From positions 3,247 through 67,246 of the forward strand of contig JAUXDH010000001.1 of assembly GCA_030618545.1 (NCBI GenBank): a stretch of 64,000 nt of DNA, read 5' to 3'. Shown here one piece after another: positions 1 to 8,975 of this stretch; positions within the stretch are counted from its first letter, which is position 1; every line of letters starts with the position of its first letter. The DNA comes from Chlorobiota bacterium (GTDB lineage Bacteria; Bacteroidota; Bacteroidia; Bacteroidales; F082). Made by a program: the position numbers and the translations under genes. The notes beneath the pieces are model-generated. The model was not told the origin of the DNA, did no database searches, and worked only from the letters and a program-made list of their open reading frames with translations.

Positions 1-754
1 TTTTGTAATAAAAATCACTGCCATCCCCCAAAAGCGTCAGGACAAGACCATGTTTGATCCTGGAAACCTCAGCTTCATTCCTGCTGAGCCAGGTAATGGA
101 ACCAATGGTTACAGGAATAAACAAAAACCGATAAGAGTAATTATTCTTTTTTTCACTTAACTGTTTAGCCAGATACGCGGAAACGGCAATGCCTGAAAGA
201 TTATCGTTTGCAAGCGACGGATGGCAAATATGTGTAGATATCAACACCTCCTGTTTCGTTGATCCTTCGATGTAATATTCTCCGTAAGTAAGTGACCCTG
301 GTTTAAGAGTTGAATCAATCATTACTTCGTACATCTCATCCTTCAGGTTCTCTAGTTGGGTATGTGAAACACAAAAACCCCAGGTCAGGTTGTGGTAAGA
401 TGTCCGGTAGGGTATCCACTCGGGTTGGTCCGGCAAAGAATAAAGGTGATCTTTCAATTCAGCAAGACCAACTTTCTTTTGAATGGGAATGCTGTAATTC
501 AGCACATGGAGATTAGAATTTTTAAAGTTGATGATTTTCTCACCTTTGCTGTTCTTTACCCATGCATCCCGGATATTCCACTCCATAGGGACTTCCCAAT
601 CAAACGCTTTGGTACCGCTCGGCACCTCAGTAACCTTCAAAGGAATCACTTCAGAAATAAGTGACAATGTCTGCCTGACACCTTCTCCCGTAATGCTTCT
701 GGGAATTGGATAAAGCTTTTTGATGAGGTCGTATATCTGCTGACCGTTAATCAC
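1..754 (-). CDS. DUF4910 / aminopeptidase-like (M28-fold) protein typical of polysaccharide loci; the C-terminal part lies beyond the window start
   Basis: Absent from the ORF track because it leaves the window. I translated the minus strand by hand from GTG (752-754), the first start codon after the in-frame TAA of the upstream gene at 779-781. The frame is open to position 1: VINGQQIYDLIKKLYPIPRSITGEGVRQTLSLISEVIPLKVTEVPSGTKAFDWEVPMEWNIRDAW...STHICHPSLANDNLSGIAVSAYLAK...FLFIPVTIGSITWL. The PI.RSITG.G and HP.LANDN.SG strings match my recollection of the COG4310/DUF4910 family. Confidence 0.7.
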   Translation of the reverse strand, partial: MINGQQIYDLIKKLYPIPRSITGEGVRQTLSLISEVIPLKVTEVPSGTKAFDWEVPMEWNIRDAWVKNSKGEKIINFKNSNLHVLNYSIPIQKKVGLAELKDHLYSLPDQPEWIPYRTSYHNLTWGFCVSHTQLENLKDEMYEVMIDSTLKPGSLTYGEYYIEGSTKQEVLISTHICHPSLANDNLSGIAVSAYLAKQLSEKKNNYSYRFLFIPVTIGSITWLSRNEAEVSRIKHGLVLTLLGDGSDFYYK

Positions 755-778
755 TTTCGTCTGTTGGCAGTGTAAATA

Positions 779-2011
779 TTAAAATACTTGATTTTGTGGA
801 ACAAATATCACGAATTGTCCTCCCCATTCCCTGATATAAGATAGCTGATTGCTGATCTCTTCCTTCAGGTTCCATGGAATTATAATTACGTAATCAGGTT
901 TGTATTTCCTTATTTCTGATTCATCCACAACGGGAATATGGCTCCCCGGTAAATATTTGTTTTGCTTGTGTGGCGAAGCATCCACAACAAATTGCACAAG
1001 GTCTGTACCCTTGATACCGCAATAATTGAATAAGGTGTTTCCTTTTGCGGCCGCGCCGTATCCGACAATTTTTTTGTCTTTTTTCTTTTCGTCAATCAAA
1101 AAAGTCCAGGTATCGTATTTAATCTTGTCAATCTTCTCCTGGAATCCCTTGTAATAGTTAATTTGATCAATTCCTGCTTCTATTTCTTTTGCAATCAAAG
1201 CGCTTACATTGGGGGAGATTTCCTTTGTATGATCCTCCGGATGTTTGGCAAAAATCCTGAGTGATCCTCCATGCGTTGGAACCAACTCTACGTCAAACAT
1301 CTCCAAACCCTGGCTCTCAAAGATTCGTTTTACAGTATAAAAAGAGAGATAGGAAAAATGCTCATGGTAAATGGTATCGAAAAGACAGTCCTCGGCCAGC
1401 CTGAGAAAATGGGGAAACTCCATTGTGATCACACCATCATCTTTCAGTGCAATCTTCATACCCTTTACAAAATCATTGATGTCAGGTACGTGAGCCAATA
1501 CATTGTTGCCAAGGATAAGGTCGGCCTTAATATTGTTGTCTGCAAGTTCGGATTGTGCGAAATCGGTACCAAAAAAATCGACAATAGTTTCTATCCCCTT
1601 TTCAAGAGCTGCTTTTGCGGTGTTGGCAGTAGGATCAATGCCGAGAACAGGTACTTTTTTTTGTTTGAAATACTGGAGCAAATATCCATCGTTTGAGGCA
1701 ATTTCAATAACCTGCGAGTTTTCATCAAATCCGAACCTTTCAATCATCATTTCCACATATCTCCTTGAATGCTCCAGCAAAGAGGTAGAGAAAGATGAAA
1801 AATAGGTGTACTCCGCATCAAATATTTTGTCAGCTTTCTCCATTTCATCCACCTGTACAAGGAAGCAATTATCGCAGACGAATATTTTCAAAGGGAAATA
1901 GGGTTCCGGTTCATGCAGTTGATGATCTGAAAGCATGGCATTGGAAATGGGCGAGAAGTCCAGATCGGCAAATACCTGTTTAAGTTCCGTATTACAATGT
2001 CTGCATTTCAT
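779..2011 (-). CDS. SAM-dependent NDP-hexose C-methyltransferase (TylCIII/NovU-like, zinc-ribbon N-terminus)
   Basis: 410-aa ORF. N-terminal Cys4 ribbon (CRHC...CDNC). SAM-binding block VIEIASNDGYLLQYF..VLGIDP. Long C-terminal domain as in sugar C-methyltransferases. Confidence 0.8.
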   Translation of the reverse strand: MKCRHCNTELKQVFADLDFSPISNAMLSDHQLHEPEPYFPLKIFVCDNCFLVQVDEMEKADKIFDAEYTYFSSFSTSLLEHSRRYVEMMIERFGFDENSQVIEIASNDGYLLQYFKQKKVPVLGIDPTANTAKAALEKGIETIVDFFGTDFAQSELADNNIKADLILGNNVLAHVPDINDFVKGMKIALKDDGVITMEFPHFLRLAEDCLFDTIYHEHFSYLSFYTVKRIFESQGLEMFDVELVPTHGGSLRIFAKHPEDHTKEISPNVSALIAKEIEAGIDQINYYKGFQEKIDKIKYDTWTFLIDEKKKDKKIVGYGAAAKGNTLFNYCGIKGTDLVQFVVDASPHKQNKYLPGSHIPVVDESEIRKYKPDYVIIIPWNLKEEISNQLSYIREWGGQFVIFVPQNQVF

Positions 2012-2050
2012 GAGTCAATGCTTTGGTTGGGATGAAAGTAGATTTAGTTA

Positions 2051-3301
2051 CTAATAGATGTATCTGAAATCGAATACCTTTTTCTTCGTGATCTTTTCTT
2101 TGTTGTTCTTAAATTCTTTCCATCCCGTAAGGATAACTACATTCTCAACATTTTGAAGCAGCGAATCCAGATCTTCAAAGTATTTGATATCAATATCAGG
2201 GTATTCCGTCTTAAATGCTTCGTTAGCCAACGGATCGTATGCAGAGAGGTTGGTAAAACCTTTTTCTATAAGCTTTACAATAATATCTTTGGCAGGGGTG
2301 ATGCGCACATCGTCGGACTCCGGTTTGAAAGACAATCCGAGAATTCCAATAGGAGCATCCTTTTCCAGTTCCGACTCAATCTTACCAACAAGGTGATCTT
2401 TTATTTCATCATTGATCCTGAGGTTCCCACTCAGCACCGAAGTATCTATTCCGTTAGCCCTTGCGATGGCATCCAGTGCCTGGGTGTCTTTTGGAAGGCA
2501 GTAACCTCCGTAACCACAACCCGGATAGACGTAAGAGGACATCGAAGCCGGCTTACCTGACCATCTTTTGTCTTCATGCAGTATCCTGAAAGAAGATGGT
2601 ACATCTATGCCTCCAATATTATCAGCAATCATCGACATTTCGTTGGAGTAACTGATCAGGGTTGAGAGTAATGTGTTGGACAGGTATTTGATGAATTCCG
2701 CCGAATTGTAACTGACATTATGAATGGGAGCGCCGAAGGGTTCATACAGTTGTTGAAGAATCTGTCTTGATTTTTCATCCTCAACACCAATCACCAAACG
2801 ATCGGGTTCAATAAAGTCTTCCCAGCAATAACCTTCGCGCAGGAATTCAGGATTGGAGGCAAAACCAAAAGCACGATCCAAACCTGAAATTTTTTCTTCA
2901 ACATAGGGGATCACCCTCTTCGATAGTGTTGAGGGAGGTACTGTGGATTTTACTATAAGGACTTTAAAGCTGCCTGAATCAACAGCAATAATCTGGTCAA
3001 TGGCTGCAAGAAGATGTGAAAGGTCTGCACTGCCATCTGATGAAGCCGGTGTGCCGACGCAAATAAAAATCGCTTCACTCTGTTTTATTGCATCATCCAG
3101 TGAAACATCGAGGAAGAACTTGGTTCCGGATGTTTCTTCGAGGATGTTTTTCAGATGTGGCTCATGGAAAGGAATTTCAAAGTTTTTCAATAAATCTACC
3201 CTTTCTCTGTTTATATCGATACCAAAGGTTTTAAAACCTTTTTTGGCGAACCCCAAACCGGTGGTTAATCCAACAAAACCCAATCCAATGACTGTGATCA
3301 T
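2051..3301 (-). CDS. Nucleotide-sugar 6-dehydrogenase (UDP-glucose/GDP-mannose dehydrogenase family)
   Basis: 416 aa. N-terminal Rossmann motif MITVIGLGFVGL. Catalytic Cys block GYGGYCLPKDT. 4-nt overlap with the upstream gene. Confidence 0.9.
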   Translation of the reverse strand: MITVIGLGFVGLTTGLGFAKKGFKTFGIDINRERVDLLKNFEIPFHEPHLKNILEETSGTKFFLDVSLDDAIKQSEAIFICVGTPASSDGSADLSHLLAAIDQIIAVDSGSFKVLIVKSTVPPSTLSKRVIPYVEEKISGLDRAFGFASNPEFLREGYCWEDFIEPDRLVIGVEDEKSRQILQQLYEPFGAPIHNVSYNSAEFIKYLSNTLLSTLISYSNEMSMIADNIGGIDVPSSFRILHEDKRWSGKPASMSSYVYPGCGYGGYCLPKDTQALDAIARANGIDTSVLSGNLRINDEIKDHLVGKIESELEKDAPIGILGLSFKPESDDVRITPAKDIIVKLIEKGFTNLSAYDPLANEAFKTEYPDIDIKYFEDLDSLLQNVENVVILTGWKEFKNNKEKITKKKVFDFRYIY

Positions 3302-4446
3302 AGCAATTGTCCGTTATTGATCCTTAAAAACTGCAAGTACCTTGAAATGCCTTCATTTACAAAGATGGAGGGTTCATAATTCAACATTTTCCGGGCTTTA
3401 TCAATCCTGGGACATCGCCTGTTTGGATTGTCGGTCATATAATGTTTATCGTCGGATATTTTGAAATCCACCTTACCCTGGTAACCATAAATCTCTTTTG
3501 CATTTTTTTGAAAGAGCCCTGCAAATTCTGCAACAGAGATCTCAGGTTTGTCAATACCGATGTTGAAAACATCCAGCTTCCCATGCAGCAAAATCTTTAA
3601 ATATCCTGTAATTGCATCGGCAATGTAACAGAATGTCCGGGTTGGTTTTCCGTCTGAAAGCATTACCAGGTCTCTTCCCTCGTGAACTGCTTTGGCAAAA
3701 TCAGCCGGCAATCTTTTGTCTTCGATATTCATACCGGGCCCGTAGTTGTTGAAGGGGCGGGCGATGGTTATCGGAATATTGTATTTATGGTGAAAAACAT
3801 AACAGAGGGTTTCACCATATCTTTTTGCCTCGTCGTAGCATGCGCGCGGTCCCATGGTAGCCACATTGCCACGGTAATCCTCTGAAGTAGGGATGAATTC
3901 CGGAAGGGGGTCACCGTAAATCTCGCTGCTGCTGAAGAAAATGAAACCGGTAATATTTTTCTCTTTGTAAAAATCAAGCATTCGGCGCAGACCTGTTACA
4001 TTGGCATCCATGGTTTCAATAGGGTAGATGCGGTAAAAAATCGGGGAAGCGATAGATGCCCCATGTATAATCAAGTTGGCATTTTCCGCATCCGCGACAT
4101 CTTCAAGCCTGTCTTCAATTACATCGAATTCCTTGAGGATAATATGGTCATTGTTTTCAACCAGTGTATCCAGCCAACCCTTTGTCCCGGTGAGAAAGTT
4201 TTCCAGTGCAATGACTTTTTTTATCTGTAATTCCCCGGCATAATGTGCAAAAAACTGCATGAAATAGTAGCCCAGGAAACCGCCACATCCTGTGATCAGG
4301 ATAGTGGCATCTTTCATTTTCATCCTTTCTTCCGCCGACAGCTTATCCAGGATGTAAGCCATGTCTTCGGTAAGAATTCGATTTTTATTCACTGATTGTT
4401 GGTTATAGCTGTTCTTGTAAGATGAGTTGTTTACCAGGTTTTCCAT
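3298..4446 (-). CDS. Extended SDR, NDP-uronate decarboxylase (UXS/ArnA-C-terminal)-like
   Basis: 382 aa. Rossmann motif ILITGCGGFLGYY. Catalytic YDEAKR resembles the YDEGKR of UDP-xylose synthases rather than the YSxSK of CDP-glucose 4,6-dehydratase. Confidence 0.75.
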   Translation of the reverse strand: MENLVNNSSYKNSYNQQSVNKNRILTEDMAYILDKLSAEERMKMKDATILITGCGGFLGYYFMQFFAHYAGELQIKKVIALENFLTGTKGWLDTLVENNDHIILKEFDVIEDRLEDVADAENANLIIHGASIASPIFYRIYPIETMDANVTGLRRMLDFYKEKNITGFIFFSSSEIYGDPLPEFIPTSEDYRGNVATMGPRACYDEAKRYGETLCYVFHHKYNIPITIARPFNNYGPGMNIEDKRLPADFAKAVHEGRDLVMLSDGKPTRTFCYIADAITGYLKILLHGKLDVFNIGIDKPEISVAEFAGLFQKNAKEIYGYQGKVDFKISDDKHYMTDNPNRRCPRIDKARKMLNYEPSIFVNEGISRYLQFLRINNGQLL

Positions 4447-5204
4447 GGAGGGTTACCACTGTCCCAGATTTCTTCCAGCACATTCTTGTCACGCAATGAA
4501 TCCATGCTTTGCCAGAAATGGTCATGCTTGTATGCTGAGAGTTTGTTTTCCTTTGCCAGATTTTCCATCGGTTCTCTTTCCCATACCGATGAATCCAGTT
4601 CGATATAATCAAATATTTCAGGCTCAAGCACAAAAAAACCGCCGTTGATCCAGGCAGAGTCTCCCCTTGGTTTTTCACGGAAATTGGTAATCAGATCCGA
4701 TTCATGATCAAAATTAAAGGCACCATACCTTCCCGGTGGCTGCACTGCCGTTAAGGTAGCGTAAGTGTCTTGTGCTTTATGAAATTCCAGCAGTTTGTTG
4801 AAATCCACGTCACTCACACCATCCCCGTAAGTCAGTAAAAAAGTTTCGTTTTCAACATATTTTTGAACCCGCTTTATCCTGCCGCCTGTCATGGTGTCCT
4901 GCCCGGTATCGACAAGAGTAATCTTCCACGGTTCTACATTGTTGTTAAGCACTTCAATACTGTTATCCTTCAGGTCAATCTTCATGTCCGACTGCATCAT
5001 GTAATAGTTCATAAAGAATTCCTTGATGATATACCCTTTGTAGCCCAGGCAAATGATAAACTCATTAAAACCATGGCTGGAATACATTTTCATGATGTGC
5101 CAGAGAATAGGCATTCCACCGATCTCCACCATGGGTTTGGGTAAAACGGTGGTTTCTTCACTCAATCGCGTTCCGAAGCCACCGGCGAGGATAACAGTTT
5201 TCAT
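4431..5204 (-). CDS. rfbF: Glucose-1-phosphate cytidylyltransferase
   Basis: 257 aa. MKTVILAGGFGTRLSEET..PKPMVEIGG.PILWHIMK.Y is the classic RfbF N-terminus. Confidence 0.9.
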   Translation of the reverse strand: MKTVILAGGFGTRLSEETTVLPKPMVEIGGMPILWHIMKMYSSHGFNEFIICLGYKGYIIKEFFMNYYMMQSDMKIDLKDNSIEVLNNNVEPWKITLVDTGQDTMTGGRIKRVQKYVENETFLLTYGDGVSDVDFNKLLEFHKAQDTYATLTAVQPPGRYGAFNFDHESDLITNFREKPRGDSAWINGGFFVLEPEIFDYIELDSSVWEREPMENLAKENKLSAYKHDHFWQSMDSLRDKNVLEEIWDSGNPPWKTW

Positions 5205-5230
5205 CTTAAATGGTTTTGATCATCAAACTA

Positions 5231-5977
5231 CTAATATAAATCTTTTAAAGGATCTTTCTCCATTACCCTGACTACTTTATCCACATCCGAAGGAATATCA
5301 ACACTGTATGTTTCATATTCGGTTTCTACAATGCGTATTTTTCTCCTGTTCTCGATAAATCTCAGCATATCCACTGATTCAATAATTTCGAGAGGAGTGG
5401 ATTCCAGCCTGGCATAATCCTGCAATGATTCCCTGGTAAAAGGAAATACACCACCCTGAATATAGTAAGGTATTACCTTATCTCCCATAAATTTTGACGG
5501 GATGGGTTCACGAGAAAACACTATGGCATCATGATTGGGGTCGAATACCACCTTTACTTCATGAATGTTTACGGCCTCATCATAAGCTGCCTTTCGTGCC
5601 AGGTTTACACTGGAAATTGTCGGATCATCGATCAAAGGCTGAATAGCCATTTCAATCATTTCAGGAAAAACAAGTGGTTCGTCTCCCTGTAAGTTTACAA
5701 TAATGTCAGCATCGTCAACTTTTAACGCTGCCTGTGCAACACGGTCGCTGGCACGACGCACATCATCAGTTGTCATAATTGCTTTGCCGCCAAATCCTTC
5801 CACCACATCTATTATTTCCTGGTTTGGGGTAGCAACATATACCTCATCAAGCATTTTACTCATGGAAGCCCTTTTGTATACGTGCTCAATCATTGGCTTG
5901 CCGCAGATATCTGCGAACGGTTTTTGCATGAACCTGTAAGATCCCAGTCTGGCTGGAATGATGCAAATTATTCTCAT
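5231..5977 (-). CDS. KdsB-like CMP-ulosonic acid cytidylyltransferase, paralogue 2
   Basis: 248 aa. IIPARLGSYRF..KP..ICGKPMIEHVY, GGKAIMT, ASDR, LQGDEP and SREPIPS parallel E. coli KdsB (IIPARYASTRLPGKP...). Confidence 0.85.
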   Translation of the reverse strand: MRIICIIPARLGSYRFMQKPFADICGKPMIEHVYKRASMSKMLDEVYVATPNQEIIDVVEGFGGKAIMTTDDVRRASDRVAQAALKVDDADIIVNLQGDEPLVFPEMIEMAIQPLIDDPTISSVNLARKAAYDEAVNIHEVKVVFDPNHDAIVFSREPIPSKFMGDKVIPYYIQGGVFPFTRESLQDYARLESTPLEIIESVDMLRFIENRRKIRIVETEYETYSVDIPSDVDKVVRVMEKDPLKDLY

Positions 5978-6624
5978 AGTGTATTCAAATATTCGTTAAA
6001 CGATTTAAAATCTTCTATCTGGTTTTTCTCCTGCTTAATGGCATCGCTGGTTGTGTATCTTCCAATAAATGTGATGCCATTCGTCCTGGCTGCTTCGATG
6101 TCGGTTGGCGCGTCTCCAATAAAAACCACTTCTGAAGCAGCATAGCCATACCTTTCCAGGATCCCTTTTACATGGTTTGTTTTCTTCTCAGGTGATCCAT
6201 GAACCTCTTTGAAAAAAGGTGTGAGGCCTTTTCTTTCCAGAATTATATCTATTTCTTCTGTTGGTGTTCCTGTCGAAATAAATAAATCGTAATCCTGATG
6301 GTAGGATTTGATGAATTGATCAACTCCCTTAATATATGCTGAACCAACAACTTTTTCCAATACCATTTCAGAAAACTGTTCAGCTAAATCAGCTATTTTT
6401 TGCTCATCAGCTTTTTCACCAAGGTATTCCTTCTGGTAGATCCGAAACTTTTCATAACGTGAAATTCCACCATTTGATTCATGATGGCGGACCACTTTGT
6501 TTTCAACATCCTTCCCATAGGGCCTGTACATTTCAGCGAAAGCCTCGGTTTTTACATTCAGGGAATCTGATATAACACCATCGAAATCAAAAATGATGGC
6601 TTTAAATCTACTCATGCCAGGCAA
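5974..6624 (-). CDS. HAD-superfamily phosphatase (subfamily IA-like)
   Basis: 216 aa. Motif I is FDFDGVISDS and there is a C-terminal GDAPTD motif. ATGA overlap with the downstream gene. Confidence 0.85.
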   Translation of the reverse strand: MPGMSRFKAIIFDFDGVISDSLNVKTEAFAEMYRPYGKDVENKVVRHHESNGGISRYEKFRIYQKEYLGEKADEQKIADLAEQFSEMVLEKVVGSAYIKGVDQFIKSYHQDYDLFISTGTPTEEIDIILERKGLTPFFKEVHGSPEKKTNHVKGILERYGYAASEVVFIGDAPTDIEAARTNGITFIGRYTTSDAIKQEKNQIEDFKSFNEYLNTL

Positions 6625-7258
6625 TAACTGTTATCGGACATCCATCCACCTGATCAATCATCAATGGCAAAGCCATTACTTTTACTATACTTTCCGGTAG
6701 ATGCTGAAGATCCATGTCTTCAATAATTAGAATATCGTTTTTGTTCAGAAACTCCCTGTGGGCCTCTCTGCCAAGCATTCTGTTCTGATAACCGGATAGA
6801 GAGATAAAATCAAATCCAACAGCTTTAAGTTTTGGGCAATGTATTCTTAAACGTTCAGCAAGTTCAGGCGCTAATCCGGGGTTGTTGTTCCAGTACTTTT
6901 CCTGGCCCCTGAATCTTTTAAAGCCTGTTCTGATCAGCAGGAAATCGGTGTTTTTTGGAATAGATTCAAGTTGGACAGCCAAATCAATGACTTCTTCGGC
7001 ATCGGCCTGATAATCCAGCAAAAAAGGTTGAGTAAACTCCCAGAAACCGGCATCGTAATCATTGATGGTTTTGCCTTGATCACCAAAATGCTTTGGGAAA
7101 TCAATATGTGTACCTACATGATTTGGCAAATGAAGAAGGGTTGAATTAGAGCTGTCACCTTTGCTGATAGAACTTCGCTGCTGAATATCAATCGCCTTAT
7201 CACCACCATACTGGGGTGTATCATTATTGATAAAGTATGACAGATAGGTGCAATTCAT
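6608..7258 (-). CDS. Putative-cyclase / kynurenine-formamidase-fold metal hydrolase
   Basis: 216 aa. HVGTHIDFPKH matches the HxGTHxDxPxH signature of the cyclase family. Confidence 0.75.
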   Translation of the reverse strand: MNCTYLSYFINNDTPQYGGDKAIDIQQRSSISKGDSSNSTLLHLPNHVGTHIDFPKHFGDQGKTINDYDAGFWEFTQPFLLDYQADAEEVIDLAVQLESIPKNTDFLLIRTGFKRFRGQEKYWNNNPGLAPELAERLRIHCPKLKAVGFDFISLSGYQNRMLGREAHREFLNKNDILIIEDMDLQHLPESIVKVMALPLMIDQVDGCPITVIAWHE

Positions 7259-8175
7259 CGGAAGTTGAAGATATATTCAATCGCATCGATTTTACCTTCT
7301 TTTTGCAGTTCTTCGTAATTGTCGTAAATCTGTTCAAGTATTCCCTGACCCAATTCGTGGTAATAATTAAGGATATATTTTTTTGCAACAACAGGCTTGA
7401 AAACATAAGGCGTCATATTGTAATGACCACTCATGTGTTCATCACTGTATTCGATCTCGATCTTGTCCTGAAACATCTCTTTGATCATTGACAGCAGGTC
7501 GCGGATTCTTAATGATTTGGAACCGGTAATCATGACATGGGAATTTTTGTAATTCTTTGTAAGAATTTCAACACTGGCACGGGCAGCATCTATCACATGG
7601 ATGTATTCCCTGATCTCCTCACCGTTTCCCAGCCTCACAACTTTCTTATCCAGTAAAGCCTGCCGGATCATGATGTTGATAAAGTTGAAATGATTCGCCC
7701 GTGGACCGTACAATGATCCATACCGCAGAATGGTGTAATCCAAATCATACTTATCATGGTAGTTGTTGATCAGCAGCTCGGAGGCTTGTTTACTGCTTCG
7801 GTAGAAAGAACCATGATCGCTATAAACGTAAACAGTGCTCCCGTAAAGGAAACGCTTAACATTAAATTCACGGCATGCATCCAGGATGTAGGTTGTGCTG
7901 AGGATATTTATTTCCACGGTTTTCACCGGGTTATCCTGTGCTTCTTTAATGTCAGCTATTGCCGCAAAATGGTAAACGAATAACATCCCATCAACTGCTT
8001 TTCTGATGGCCTCCCTGTCGGTGATGTCGCCAACGATCATAATCTGATCTTCCCTTATATGCTTTGATTTTTTCTGATCAAAGATGTACACTTCATATCC
8101 CTCATCAGATAGTTGATCCGCCACATGGCTTCCCAAAAATCCTGAACCTCCAAAAACGATTACTTTTTCACTCAT
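7255..8175 (-). CDS. NAD-dependent epimerase/dehydratase (extended SDR)
   Basis: 306 aa. Motifs VFGGSGFLGSH and YRSSK (YxxxK). Confidence 0.85.
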   Translation of the reverse strand: MSEKVIVFGGSGFLGSHVADQLSDEGYEVYIFDQKKSKHIREDQIMIVGDITDREAIRKAVDGMLFVYHFAAIADIKEAQDNPVKTVEINILSTTYILDACREFNVKRFLYGSTVYVYSDHGSFYRSSKQASELLINNYHDKYDLDYTILRYGSLYGPRANHFNFINIMIRQALLDKKVVRLGNGEEIREYIHVIDAARASVEILTKNYKNSHVMITGSKSLRIRDLLSMIKEMFQDKIEIEYSDEHMSGHYNMTPYVFKPVVAKKYILNYYHELGQGILEQIYDNYEELQKEGKIDAIEYIFNFR

Positions 8176-8198
8176 AACAGAAGTATTAAGTGGTAAAT

Positions 8199-8975
8199 TT
8201 AGTATTTGTCAATGTATTCTTTCAGCAGGATATCATCCTGTATCTTATCAATCACATTATCAAGATCGGCCTGTGTATCCACAGCATAGGTGTTCTCTTC
8301 AGTGAAGATCATTTTTACCTGCATCCCGTTTTCAAGGATGCGCATCATGTCAACCGATTCAACAATTTCGAGTGGCGTTTGCTCCATGGAGTTGTACTCC
8401 AGCAAAAAATCCCGCTCATAAGGGATAACACAAACCTGTTTAAGCATGGGCACATCAGTAACTCCCTTTTTCCTGGAAGGAATCGGTTCCCTGGAAAAAT
8501 ACAACGCGTTGTTGTTTTTATCCACAACAACCTTTACTTCATTCGGATCCTCATGTTCTTCAACAGTCTCCATCACTGCCATAAGGTTGGATATTTTTAT
8601 CTCCGGATCTTCTATCAATGGTTTTATAGCATCCTCGATCATCCCCGGCGTAACCATGGGTTCATCACCCTGGAGCATGACTACGATGTCTACCTTCATT
8701 CCAGTTGACTGTTCTATCTTTTCCAGCGCCTCGGCAGTTCTGTCGGAAGCCCGTTCATGAGTGTCAGCAGTCATGATGGCTTTGCCGCCAATACTTTCTA
8801 TATAATCAAAGATTTCTTCGTCACAAGTGGCTACATAAACCTCGTTCAGCGTCTCGCACATTTTACTGCGGATGTAGCAGTGCCCGATCATGGGTATTCC
8901 CAGGATATCGGCCATAGGCTTGTTAGGAAACCTTGATGAAGCTAACCTGGCAGGTATTATTCCTATTATATTCAT
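8199..8975 (-). CDS. KdsB-like CMP-ulosonic acid cytidylyltransferase, paralogue 1
   Basis: 258 aa. Motifs IIPARLASSRFPNKP..ILGIPMIGHCY, GGKAIMT, ASDR, LQGDEP, SREPIPS and TPLEIVESVDM. Confidence 0.85.
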   Translation of the reverse strand: MNIIGIIPARLASSRFPNKPMADILGIPMIGHCYIRSKMCETLNEVYVATCDEEIFDYIESIGGKAIMTADTHERASDRTAEALEKIEQSTGMKVDIVVMLQGDEPMVTPGMIEDAIKPLIEDPEIKISNLMAVMETVEEHEDPNEVKVVVDKNNNALYFSREPIPSRKKGVTDVPMLKQVCVIPYERDFLLEYNSMEQTPLEIVESVDMMRILENGMQVKMIFTEENTYAVDTQADLDNVIDKIQDDILLKEYIDKY

